Assembly (NCBI GenBank): GCA_963698885.1
Contig: CAVOSJ010000002.1
Location: forward strand, 369,169-433,168
DNA length: 64,000 nt
Reading direction: 5' to 3'
Source of the DNA: Nitrospirota bacterium
Lineage (GTDB): Bacteria; Nitrospirota; JACRHJ01
Shown: one piece after another, positions 50,430 through 60,158 of the stretch
Position numbering within the stretch: position 1 is the stretch's first letter
Layout of the letters: each line of letters starts with the position of its first letter
Notes under the pieces: model-generated
The model's input: the letters and a program-made list of their open reading frames with translations, nothing else
The model's database searches: none
Told to the model about the DNA's origin: nothing
Made by a program: the position numbers and the translations under genes

Positions 50430-52514
50430 CTACGTTGCACTGGCCGGACTGGTGGTGTCGCCTGAGTGCGCCTCTATTTCCTTTTTCATACCAGGCTGTC
50501 TGCCAGTTATAATCTGAGACATATATGCTGATAACAAACCACCCACGCCGTCCCCGCCCTGCACAAGAAGGTCGGGGGTTATTTTTATATTGCCTGCTGA
50601 AATCTGCTTGGCTATCTCTATGGAAGTAACAGCCTGCTGGCCGAGGGCCTTGTTCTGCAACTCGTATGCCTCGGCTGTGGATTTGCCCACGGCCAGTATC
50701 CTGGTCGCCTCCGCTTCGCCTTTAGCCTTTATCCCGGCAGCTTCGCCTTGGGCCTTCAACCTTATGCTTTCCCCTTCGCCTTCCGCGTTCTTTATGGCCA
50801 TCTGTTTGTTCTGTTCGGCCACCTTGACGCCTATCTCGGCCGTGACGAGCGCGGTCTGCTGGTTGGCCTCGGCCCGGGTCTTTTCGGTCGCTATGCGCGT
50901 CTGCTCGGCCTGTTGCTCCGCCTCGTACATTGCGCGCTGCTGTTCGGCGATTATCTTCTTGGTTTGCGTGTCCATGAGTTCCTGCGGCAGGTTTATCTGG
51001 CATATAAGCACGGACACGCACTCCACATGGTACTTCGCAAGCTCCAGCTTTGTACGCTCCTCTGCCTTCCGCTGTTCCTCCTGGCGGTCCTGCATGAAGT
51101 TCATCGCGGACGTGGAAGATGCCTGGTTGCGGAAACTCGAATCTATCATAGGATGTATGACATGCAGTATCAGGTTGTCAATCGAGCCTATCTTTGAGAC
51201 CATGTATGGCGCCTGGTCTGGGCGGACCCTAACCACCACTTTGACCGAGACGTCTATCGGGAACCCGTCTTTAGATATTACCTTGAGAGGGTCGAACCGG
51301 GTCTCCTGCGAGTTGTCCCAGTCTATTGTGATGTTGGTTGTGTCCAGGATGTAGGCTATGTATGCCCGCCTGTTCAGGTAGTACCTCCCGGGGCCGGCCA
51401 CCTCTTGCTGTATGCCCCGAAATCCCTTGGGCACTACATAGCGCTCGAAGCCCTTGCGTAGACGAGTCTCTATCTTCTCCGCAGTCTCATCGCTGATCTG
51501 CTCGTCTTCTACCCGTACTTCAGCAGTTTCTGCTATCGCGGTTGGCTCTGCCCCGACGTTCGATACTAAGACAGCGACCTGCCCCCGCTCTATCACTGCC
51601 ACGTCATCAAGCTCTATTTTGAACATCAGCGGGTTGATGTAATAGGTGCCGGGTCTGAGTACATCGAACTGCGGGCCCCTCTCGCCTCCCTCGGCCAGAA
51701 AACTTGACGCATCTTGGTAATCGTTATGGTTTTTCACGGACTTCGCTACGTACTCGCTTTCCGGTAGGGGGTCGCCGTCGAGGGCGGTTACAAGCCCGAC
51801 TTTGTTTGCGGGTATTATGGTTGCATCATAGACCTCGACTTTGAAGAGAGCGGTGTTTATACGGTAAGTGCCGGGCAGGAGGATGTCTATCTGGGGGCCT
51901 TTCTGCCCCTGGTTGTTCAGGAAGGCCTGGCCGTCCTCGAATTTCGAGTGTCCCTCGACATGCTTGGCGAGCAGCCTGCCCACCGGTATAGGCTGCCCGT
52001 CCATTGAGGTCACCAGCCCTACCTTACCCTTGTCTATAATTATCGCGTTGCCCTTTATCATTTTGAAGAGTACAGGGTTGATCCTGTAAGTACCAGGCGG
52101 CAGCATCTGTATTTGTGGCCCCTTCTCGCCCCCGTGGGCCAGGAAGGCCTCTCCGTCCTGAAACGAGTTATGCCCCTCGACCACCCTGGCGAATATTTTT
52201 CCCGGAGGCACGGGGTTGCCGTCAATCGACTCCATCAGCCCTACCTCCAACTCCCCGATGGAGGTAAACGGGTACTTAGTCGCGCGGTACAGGAAAGGGA
52301 TAAGGATGTGAAGGCCCGGACCCAGGGTCTTCGCCTGGATGCCTACCTCGCCTTCCATGGCCACGACGCGCCCCTGCGGCATGCCCCGTCCGATGTATCT
52401 CCTCTCCAGCACCACCAGTTCCCTGCCGCCGACAACGACAACGGACATATAAATCAGGAATAATGCCGCAAGGCCGATCATTGCGCAAACTGCATACACA
52501 AAGTACGCTTCCAT
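50430..52514 (-). CDS. Flotillin-like SPFH/band-7 family protein with three ~55-aa tandem repeats and a long E/A/Q-rich coiled-coil
   Basis: N-terminal TM. SPFH N-terminal motif GPGLHILIPF. Repeats GNPVPPGKIFARVVEGHNSFQDGEAFL... (x3). C-terminal EA-rich flotillin-type region. Confidence 0.75.
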   Translation of the reverse strand: MEAYFVYAVCAMIGLAALFLIYMSVVVVGGRELVVLERRYIGRGMPQGRVVAMEGEVGIQAKTLGPGLHILIPFLYRATKYPFTSIGELEVGLMESIDGNPVPPGKIFARVVEGHNSFQDGEAFLAHGGEKGPQIQMLPPGTYRINPVLFKMIKGNAIIIDKGKVGLVTSMDGQPIPVGRLLAKHVEGHSKFEDGQAFLNNQGQKGPQIDILLPGTYRINTALFKVEVYDATIIPANKVGLVTALDGDPLPESEYVAKSVKNHNDYQDASSFLAEGGERGPQFDVLRPGTYYINPLMFKIELDDVAVIERGQVAVLVSNVGAEPTAIAETAEVRVEDEQISDETAEKIETRLRKGFERYVVPKGFRGIQQEVAGPGRYYLNRRAYIAYILDTTNITIDWDNSQETRFDPLKVISKDGFPIDVSVKVVVRVRPDQAPYMVSKIGSIDNLILHVIHPMIDSSFRNQASSTSAMNFMQDRQEEQRKAEERTKLELAKYHVECVSVLICQINLPQELMDTQTKKIIAEQQRAMYEAEQQAEQTRIATEKTRAEANQQTALVTAEIGVKVAEQNKQMAIKNAEGEGESIRLKAQGEAAGIKAKGEAEATRILAVGKSTAEAYELQNKALGQQAVTSIEIAKQISAGNIKITPDLLVQGGDGVGGLLSAYMSQIITGRQPGMKKEIEAHSGDTTSPASAT

Positions 52515-53004
52515 ATTTATCCCCTTTTATCGATATGATGGCCAGAAAAGCTTCTCTTTGATAAAATTTGGTTCCTGACAGTGCAAGACTACATCAAGTT
52601 ACTGTACCGGTCAATAATAATCCCCTGATTTCCAAGGGCAATTATCTGTTGACAGGCATGCAATAATGCCCACTTTTGCTGTTAGATTTCACTTGAGACC
52701 TTACGGGAAAAGAGATTTTCATTTGAACAGAACACATGCGTCTTTTCAAGAATTTACAGATGCGGGGGAGGCAAATTTGGCTCTAACTTTCTCTATTAGC
52801 TTAATAGAATTACACGTGGTTACAATGGTAGACTATGGATGTTCAATTTGAAAAACGCAAATTCTTTACATAGATAATTCAATGTGTTGTGAAGTTTATC
52901 AAATCAGAATTCCGAGGTTTATATTCTCCAATCACCACCTTTTCCCATGTGGTCCAAGGCTTCTCTCATCAACACGATAGTAAACGAATTCATATCTTTA
53001 TGCT

Positions 53005-54372
53005 TCACTGCGTCAGCCTTAGCAGCTGACTTGCTATCTCGTCAAAGGCCTGTTGGAGTTCCGAGTCATCCGCCGCAAAGGCATAAATCCCGGTCGGTTG
53101 GTCAGCGCCATGGTTGGGCGCCGAGGGGTCGTTGGCCATGTTCTTAAGGATGGCGTCGCCTGTTTCGTGGTTCCCCCAGCTTTTCTGTGAGGTCAGGAGT
53201 GCGTCCGGGCCGTTCAGGCCGAGCGTGTAGACGTATATGCCCGACGCTCTGGCGTTGTTCGCCATCTCTTCCGGGAGGTTCCTTGCCGCATTGTTCACGT
53301 CTTCAAAGCCTTTATTATTGTCATTCACGTAAGTTGCATTAACGGGCCTCGCGGCCATGCCCGTCCCCGACGGCGGGCCGAGCACGTGGTACAGGCCGTC
53401 GCCTACACCGGAGCCCAGGTTGAAATATGCAGGCAGCGTCGTTACATACGAGTAAATTGGGTTTTGGATGTACCCCGACAGCGTAGTGTCAAGTACGCCT
53501 GTCTTATAAAGGCCAAAGGGGTCTCCGGGGGTGCCGTCGACGGTACAAATAACCCCTGTTTTTTGTATAGACGGTTTCCATACGAAAGTGGACGAGAAGG
53601 AGTTTGGCGAGCCGTCGGAGAAGAACACTATGACCCTGCAGCTTGAACGGCTCGACGCGGGTATACTGTCAAGCTGGGCCCTGGCATCCCAGAAGGCCTC
53701 GGTGAAGTTGGTATGGCCGTTGAAGGTCATATTATTTATGTCGTTCACTATTTGAGTTTTATTAAACCCCCTTGTTGAGGTACTTATTGGGTCCTTGATA
53801 ATGGCGCCCTCGGCGAAGAGCACCAGGCCCACCCTGTCCGAGGTTGCATTGAATCTGTTGATGAACGATACAGCCGCCGCCTTCAGAGCCGGGTTGTCGT
53901 TGCCCGACCTGATCAGCGAGCTTGTGGTGTCGATGACAAAGACCATGTCGAGGTCCTTCTTGACTGCCTGCGCCGTGGAGCTCGCGTTCACCCTATTTAG
54001 ACCTACGATCTGCATGAAAAATGTTGGCGCCGTCGCGCTTGCGGACACGGTGACCTGTATCTGCCCCGGACCGGGGGTGTTGGGCGAGACGTTTATTGTC
54101 GGGGCGGAGGGGGTGGAATTGAGGTATCCTGCGGGGTAATTGGATTTAAAACGCGCCGTGCCAGCGGCTATTGCGGCTGCATAGCCACCGGAGCTGTCGC
54201 CAGTCGCGTTGGCGGCCGCCAGGGCGGCCGCGTCCATGGCGCTACTCAGCTTGGCCTTTACCCCGTAGGCGATCCCCCCGTCTATGGCTAATCCTGCAAT
54301 GGCCAAAAGAACTACCATTGACAGGGCTAAGAAGACTAATACCTGCCCATCTTCTCTTCCTTTTGTTTGCAT
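53005..54372 (-). CDS. TadE/TadG-like N-terminal domain + von Willebrand factor A domain protein (Flp-pilus-assembly TadG-like)
   Basis: N-terminal TM with TadE-like LALSMVVLLAIAGLAIDGG. vWA MIDAS DMVFVIDTTSSL...FFSDGSPN. Confidence 0.65.
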   Translation of the reverse strand: MQTKGREDGQVLVFLALSMVVLLAIAGLAIDGGIAYGVKAKLSSAMDAAALAAANATGDSSGGYAAAIAAGTARFKSNYPAGYLNSTPSAPTINVSPNTPGPGQIQVTVSASATAPTFFMQIVGLNRVNASSTAQAVKKDLDMVFVIDTTSSLIRSGNDNPALKAAAVSFINRFNATSDRVGLVLFAEGAIIKDPISTSTRGFNKTQIVNDINNMTFNGHTNFTEAFWDARAQLDSIPASSRSSCRVIVFFSDGSPNSFSSTFVWKPSIQKTGVICTVDGTPGDPFGLYKTGVLDTTLSGYIQNPIYSYVTTLPAYFNLGSGVGDGLYHVLGPPSGTGMAARPVNATYVNDNNKGFEDVNNAARNLPEEMANNARASGIYVYTLGLNGPDALLTSQKSWGNHETGDAILKNMANDPSAPNHGADQPTGIYAFAADDSELQQAFDEIASQLLRLTQ

Positions 54373-54767
54373 GGTTCTCCTTTTTGCACTTTAAAATCTC
54401 GCAACGGTATAAATCTTTCACTAATTTTTTTTGTTCATAATGTGCGGTCTTCCGATAATAAAATATCAGAGATAGTCATTATTGTCAAATTCACATTCCT
54501 ATATAATACTGGTTATTATGATGATTTGATAAGGTCCGAATGCGTAGTTATTATATGAGCTAACATCATAGCAATGCTAAATTGAATAAGACCCACCCGA
54601 GTAAGAACCATTTGAATCAGGACCATTTTGAATTAGCACCAGTCCAGCCTATCCTGGAAGCTTCAAAACACCCGGCGATTGCGCCGCTTTTCAGTTGACT
54701 TTACATGCCAGGGTTGTTACCATTTTACACGACTTCCCAATTGCCCGACCCCCTTTTCGGCGGCATT

Positions 54768-54947
54768 ATGAGACCGAAAGAACTCTGGATTTTCCTCTTT
54801 TTCACAGGGACATTGGCCCTTGGCTGGCCGTTTCTTGAGATATTTGCCTCAAAGCTCCCCATCTACCTTTTTACCGCCTGGATCTGCATAATAGCATTAA
54901 TCTATATTGTCGTAAAATACGCGGCAAAAGAGGAAGACGAGGGTTAA
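54768..54947 (+). CDS. DUF4212 small membrane protein (SSS-transporter accessory subunit-like)
   Basis: Start trimmed to MRPKELWIFLFF. Two TM helices. Lies immediately upstream of an SSS-domain protein, as DUF4212 typically does. Confidence 0.55.
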   Translation: MRPKELWIFLFFTGTLALGWPFLEIFASKLPIYLFTAWICIIALIYIVVKYAAKEEDEG

Positions 54948-57878
54948 TTGATCGGTTCCGGCATCCTCTTCGCAATAATCCTGGCCTATCTCATGTTGCT
55001 CTTCGTCCTGGCATATTTTGCCGAGACGATGGAAAAACAGGGTAAAAGCATCGCATCAAATCCATACGTCTATTCCCTCTCGTTCGCCGTTTACTGCACC
55101 TCCTGGACCTTCTACGGCAGCGTTGGAATGGCCGCGACTTCCGGCCTTTCATTCCTTACTATCTACCTTGGCCCCACCTTGATGGCTACGCTCTGGTGGC
55201 TGGTACTGCGCAAAATCGTCGTGATAGCCAAGGAACAGGGTATAACAACTATTTCAGACTTCATCGGTTCCCGGTACGGAAAATCACTGTCCCTGTCCGC
55301 GCTGGTAACGGTCGTCGCGGTGGTGGGCATAATGCCTTACCTGGGCCTCCAGATAAAGTCCATCATCAGCACCTACCAGATAATCTCCGGACAGACGGAG
55401 CCAAGCTTGACTGCGGGCTGGTTCATCGTCTTGTTCGTCGGGATATTTGCCATAATCTTCGGGGCGAGAAAACTGGACTCTTCCGAGCGGCACGAGGGGC
55501 TTATATTCGCCATAGCGTTTGAGTCCCTGATCAAGCTTGTCGCATTCGTGGCGGCGGGCGTATTCGTCACCTACGGGCTATTCGACGGCTTCGGCGATAT
55601 CTTCGGACACATCGGGAAAATTTATCCGCGCCTTCTTTCAATCGGCGCCGGCGGCTCCACAAGCCTCACGGAATGGACCTCGCTTACATTCATGTCCATG
55701 ATGGCGATAATGTTCCTGCCCAGGCAGTTCCACGTAGCCGTAGTGGAAAACTCAAGCAAAAAGCATATCCTGAAGGCGATGTGGCTGTTCCCGCTTTACC
55801 TCTTTATTATAAATATATTCGTACTGCCGGTCGCATTCGGCGGGCTCCTTCGGGGCGGGACGCCGGCTCAGGCGGACAGCTTCGTCCTGTCCTTGCCACT
55901 CTCCCAAGGGAAATCAGCCCTGGCGCTGCTGGTTTTCCTTGGCGGCTTCTCCGCCGCGACAGGGATGATAATAGTGGAGTCCCTGGCGCTATCCACGATG
56001 GTGATGAACAGCCTGGCCATGCCTTTTCTGATAAGGTTCAACCGCTTTCGCAGTTTCCCGTCCATAGTGCTGAATACAAAGCGTCTTGTCATCCTCGGGT
56101 GCGTATTCATCGGGTATCTCTTCGCCGTATCGATAGGCAGGATATATTCCCTGGCGGACATGGGCCTTAACTCATTTGAGGCCGCGACTCTATTCGCGCC
56201 GTCTCTGCTCATAGGGCTCTACTGGAAGGGAGGGAACAAAAAAGGCGCGGCTGCCGGATTTGTGGGCGGCTTTATCGTCTGGTTTTATACCCTTCTCCTG
56301 CCGGAGTTTCTGAAGGCGGGCGTAATCCACTCGGAGCAGTTAAAGCAATTATTCGCCACCTCGGCATTTAATCCCGCCGGCCTTTTCGGGCTTAAAGGCC
56401 TGGACCGCTGGAGCCACTCCCTTTTCTGGAGCATGTTCATAAATCTCGGTCTCTATTTCGGCGTATCGATATTCACGAAACAGTCGCAGGAGGAGGAGAA
56501 GCAGGCGCTGATATTCGTGGAGTCGGTAAAGATCGGAGGGGCGGAAGGCGGGCAGGCGCGCGGCCTCCAGACGGTGGACGAGATAAGGGACCTCCTGGGG
56601 CGCTATATAGGACGCACTGAAGCGGCGGCGGCGCTGGAAGGCTTCATTGTAAGCCGGGGCATAGACAAATCCGCCATGCAAAAAGAAGAGGTCCTGAAGC
56701 TGCGGGACGAGGCGGAGAGGATTCTCTCAGGGGCCCTGGGCTCCGCCATAGCCACGCTTATCCTCCGGAAAAAGCTTGTAATGACGGAAGAGCTGTCGAG
56801 TTCCATACGCCAGATAAGCCATACCCTGAAACTTTCGCGTGAGAAACTGGAGGAAGCTAACAGGGAGCTTAACTTCCTGAAGGAGTTCAGCCAGAATATA
56901 ATCGAAAGCGTGCCGCAGGGTATCGCCACTATGGACCGCGATTTCAAGATTACATCCTGGAACAGGGGGATGGAAAACCTGACGGATGTAAAAAGGGAAA
57001 ATGCGCTGGGAAGGAGCGTGCAGGAATTTCCCATATGCCTGGGGCCCGGAACACCCCCCGGGATGCAGGGAGGCGAGCATATATGCGACACAAAGCCCGG
57101 TTATACCTTGAAAGTATCGTCCTCTCCGTTCAAGGGCCCGCAAGGAGGCTACGTCCTGATGATAGAGGACATTACCGAGAAGAAGCGCCGGGAGAGCGAG
57201 CTTTTGCAGGCCAGCAAATTCGCCAGCATCGGAAAGCTTACCGCGGGGATCTCGCACGAGATAGGGAACCCGCTTGCCTCGATATCCTCGCTCGTGCAGG
57301 AGATACAGGAGGTGGGACAGCCCGAGTTCACCAGCGAGGCACTGGATATAATCAACCACCACATCGAGAGGATTGTCCGCATCGTGCGGAGCCTTGGCGA
57401 TTTCGCAAGGCTTTACAGCCCTGAGAAAATCCCGTCCAACATTGCCGAAGTGCTTGACAGCACCCTGAACCTTACCCGGTATGACAAGAAGTTCAAGAAG
57501 ATAGAGATAATGAAAGACATAGAATTAACCGGACAGATAAAGATGAACCCGGACCAGATACAGCAGGTCTTTTTAAACCTGATATTAAATGCTCTGGATG
57601 CGATGCCGGACGGCGGCAGGCTCACGATAACGGTGAAGGACGCGGGATCTGACGTAATCATAATATTCAGCGATACGGGGATCGGGATGGACAAGGATGC
57701 CGTGGACAGGATATTCGATCCGTTCTATACGACGAAATCGCCCGGAAAGGGCACCGGCCTCGGGATGAGCATCTGCTGGGGGATAATAAACGAGCACGGC
57801 GGCACAATCAGTGTCGAGAGCAAAAAGGGGCGCGGGAGCACCTTTACCATTAGGCTTCCGAAGAAAAAGGAGGAGTAA
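54948..57878 (+). CDS. Hybrid sensor: N-terminal sodium:solute symporter (SSS, ~13 TM) domain fused to PAS, HisKA and HATPase_c (CrbS/CbrA-type histidine kinase)
   Basis: TTG start. SSS-like TM core. PAS region MDRDFKITSWNRGMENLT. H-box ISHEIGNPL. N, G1 and G2 boxes (LNALDAMPDGG, DTGIGM, GTGLGMSI). Confidence 0.85.
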   Translation: MIGSGILFAIILAYLMLLFVLAYFAETMEKQGKSIASNPYVYSLSFAVYCTSWTFYGSVGMAATSGLSFLTIYLGPTLMATLWWLVLRKIVVIAKEQGITTISDFIGSRYGKSLSLSALVTVVAVVGIMPYLGLQIKSIISTYQIISGQTEPSLTAGWFIVLFVGIFAIIFGARKLDSSERHEGLIFAIAFESLIKLVAFVAAGVFVTYGLFDGFGDIFGHIGKIYPRLLSIGAGGSTSLTEWTSLTFMSMMAIMFLPRQFHVAVVENSSKKHILKAMWLFPLYLFIINIFVLPVAFGGLLRGGTPAQADSFVLSLPLSQGKSALALLVFLGGFSAATGMIIVESLALSTMVMNSLAMPFLIRFNRFRSFPSIVLNTKRLVILGCVFIGYLFAVSIGRIYSLADMGLNSFEAATLFAPSLLIGLYWKGGNKKGAAAGFVGGFIVWFYTLLLPEFLKAGVIHSEQLKQLFATSAFNPAGLFGLKGLDRWSHSLFWSMFINLGLYFGVSIFTKQSQEEEKQALIFVESVKIGGAEGGQARGLQTVDEIRDLLGRYIGRTEAAAALEGFIVSRGIDKSAMQKEEVLKLRDEAERILSGALGSAIATLILRKKLVMTEELSSSIRQISHTLKLSREKLEEANRELNFLKEFSQNIIESVPQGIATMDRDFKITSWNRGMENLTDVKRENALGRSVQEFPICLGPGTPPGMQGGEHICDTKPGYTLKVSSSPFKGPQGGYVLMIEDITEKKRRESELLQASKFASIGKLTAGISHEIGNPLASISSLVQEIQEVGQPEFTSEALDIINHHIERIVRIVRSLGDFARLYSPEKIPSNIAEVLDSTLNLTRYDKKFKKIEIMKDIELTGQIKMNPDQIQQVFLNLILNALDAMPDGGRLTITVKDAGSDVIIIFSDTGIGMDKDAVDRIFDPFYTTKSPGKGTGLGMSICWGIINEHGGTISVESKKGRGSTFTIRLPKKKEE

Positions 57879-59233
57879 TGGCGGGCACGATACTGATAGT
57901 TGACGACGAGGAGACCTTGCGGGAGTCCATGGCGCGGCTCCTTACGCGAGAGGGCTATTCGGTAAGCACGGCCGGCACGGGAGAAGAGGCCATGGAGGCG
58001 CTCAAAAATTCCGCGTTCGACCTGGTAATCTCGGACATCTTCCTGCCGGGGATAGACGGTATAGAGGTACTCCGCCGGCTAAGGGAAAAAAAACCCGACC
58101 AGCTGGTGATACTGATGACGGCCTATGCCTCCCTGGAGACGGCGGTGGATGCGCTGCGGGCCGGGGCATATGACTACATCATGAAGCCCATAATCCATGA
58201 GGAGGTGAAGCTCCTCATAAGGAGGGCGCTCAGGCAGCAATCGCTCATGTCGGAGAACAGCCTGCTCCGCAAACAGATAGAGAGAGAATACGACTTCAGC
58301 CACATCATCGGCGTCTCGCCCAGCACCAAAAAGGTACTGGAAGAGGTAACCAAAATCGCCGACGCCAGGAGCAGCGTGCTTATCCTTGGCGAGACGGGGA
58401 CAGGAAAGGAACTTATCGCACGCGCGATCCATTTCAACAGCCGCCGGAGAGAAAAGGCCTTTGTGCCGATAAACTGCTCCGCCATCCCGGACACGCTGCT
58501 CGAGTCCGAGTTGTTCGGGCATGTGAAAGGCGCCTTTACCGGGGCCATGACCGCAAAAAAAGGACTCTTCGAGGAGGCGGCGGGCGGCACGGTTTTCTTA
58601 GACGAGATAGGGGAGATGAGCGTGATGCTCCAGTCAAAGCTGCTTCGGGTACTGGAAGACCAGGAGGTCCGTCCCGTGGGCGGGATACAGTCCACAAAGG
58701 TGGACTTGAGGTTCATCATGGCTACTAACAAAGACCTCCAGAAGGCCGTGCGGACACGGACGTTCAGGGAAGACCTCTTCTACAGGATCAATACAATAAA
58801 TATCAGCCTCTTTCCTCTCCGGGAGCGGCAGGAGGACATACCGCTCCTCGCCAGGCATTTTCTGGCACGGCTTGGAGCGGAGTTTGGAAAGCCGGTCAAA
58901 GCCATCTCCGACGACACCATCGCCTTGTTACTTGACTACAGTTGGCCCGGCAATATCCGGGAGCTTAGAAATATAATAGAGCGGGCGGTGCTGATTGCCG
59001 ATTCCGATATCATAACCCCCGAACACCTGCCCGAGAACATGCGTCAGAAAAATCCAGCCATGCTGACTGACTCTGTGGACAGGGCACTCTCGATAGAGGA
59101 ATATATAAAGGCCGTCATAACGCGATACCAGGACAGGTTGAGCGAGCAGAAGATTGCGGAGCTTTTAGGTATTACCAGGAAATCTCTCTGGGAGAAGCGT
59201 AAGAGATGGGATATCCGCCGAAACCGTGAATAA
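57878..59233 (+). CDS. Sigma-54-dependent response regulator (NtrC family: receiver + AAA+ + HTH)
   Basis: Receiver DDEE...DLVISD. AAA+ Walker A GETGTGKE and GAFTGA motif. ESELFGH. C-terminal Fis-type HTH. 1-nt overlap with the kinase stop (TAATG). Confidence 0.9.
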   Translation: MAGTILIVDDEETLRESMARLLTREGYSVSTAGTGEEAMEALKNSAFDLVISDIFLPGIDGIEVLRRLREKKPDQLVILMTAYASLETAVDALRAGAYDYIMKPIIHEEVKLLIRRALRQQSLMSENSLLRKQIEREYDFSHIIGVSPSTKKVLEEVTKIADARSSVLILGETGTGKELIARAIHFNSRRREKAFVPINCSAIPDTLLESELFGHVKGAFTGAMTAKKGLFEEAAGGTVFLDEIGEMSVMLQSKLLRVLEDQEVRPVGGIQSTKVDLRFIMATNKDLQKAVRTRTFREDLFYRINTINISLFPLRERQEDIPLLARHFLARLGAEFGKPVKAISDDTIALLLDYSWPGNIRELRNIIERAVLIADSDIITPEHLPENMRQKNPAMLTDSVDRALSIEEYIKAVITRYQDRLSEQKIAELLGITRKSLWEKRKRWDIRRNRE

Positions 59234-59461
59234 ATGTAACGTTAAGTAACAATCAAGTTTAAACCTCTGTTACAATTCGTAATCGACATCTAACCTCCTG
59301 AATTAGCTAAATTTTTAAATCTCTCGCACTTTCCCTTGCGCTACTTTAAGTAACGCACGCTTTGACTGGTTAGCAAGCCGCTTACATCAACCCTCCCTTT
59401 CAAAAATAATATTAGCTAATTAAATCAAAGATTTCCATTAGTTAATATAACGCCGTTATAT

Positions 59462-59480
59462 TCTGGCATTCTTGTTGCTA
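59462..59480 (+). promoter_or_regulatory. Sigma-54 (-24/-12) promoter
   Basis: cTGGCATtcttgTTGCTa matches TGGCAC-N5-TTGC(A/T), ~70 nt upstream of the satP-like gene. Confidence 0.6.
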
Positions 59481-59548
59481 TCTGTATATTCAGAGGCGGT
59501 TTTTTTCTACAACCGCTGGGATTAATTTTTAAAAACAGGAGGAGCAAA

Positions 59549-60130
59549 ATGGCTGAAGAGGTGAAGCTTGGGAACCCCGCTGTTGTAGGACTCGCCGGTT
59601 TCGGCATGACTACGCTGATATTGCAATTTCATAATCTCGGGCTGGTGGGACTCGGCCCGGTCATCTGGATCGGCCTTCTGTTCGGGGGCAGCGCCCAAAT
59701 CGTTGCCGGTCTGCTTGAGTTTAAAACTGGGAATAATTTTGGATTCTGCGCATTTACCGGATACGGTGCGTTCTGGATTTCCCTATGCCTTTATTTGATA
59801 TTCGGCACGAATACCGAACTGGTGAAGGCCTATCCCGTCCTGCTGTTCGACGGCCACGGTCTGGGCATCTTCCTTCTGATGTGGACTTTTTTCACGTTTA
59901 TGCTGTTCATCGCCTCGATGAAGCATCACAACGCCCTGGCCCTGCTCTTCCTTACCCTGCTGCTTGGCTTCATAGGCCTCGACTTAAAAGAACTGGCTGG
60001 CAGCGAGATTGCCGGGACACTTGCGGCATTCGACTTAATCGTATGCGCACTTCTGGCGTGGTATCTCATGGCGGTTGCGGTATATGCGGAGTCGGGGATA
60101 AAGCTGCCGGTCGGCAAGCCCTGGTTTTAA
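59549..60130 (+). CDS. satP: GPR1/FUN34/YaaH-family acetate/succinate transporter
   Basis: Signature NPAVVGLAGFGMTT, six TM helices, 193 aa. Confidence 0.8.
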   Translation: MAEEVKLGNPAVVGLAGFGMTTLILQFHNLGLVGLGPVIWIGLLFGGSAQIVAGLLEFKTGNNFGFCAFTGYGAFWISLCLYLIFGTNTELVKAYPVLLFDGHGLGIFLLMWTFFTFMLFIASMKHHNALALLFLTLLLGFIGLDLKELAGSEIAGTLAAFDLIVCALLAWYLMAVAVYAESGIKLPVGKPWF

Positions 60131-60158
60131 TCGAGAACGAGAAAGGGAGGAAAATCTA

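Noticed and set aside
52515-53004. Small ORFs (52666-52851 +, 52947-53147 +) in the AT-rich gap between the flotillin and TadG-like genes
   Set aside because: AT-rich intergenic DNA with no RBS and no protein-like composition. Likely promoter region for the flotillin gene.
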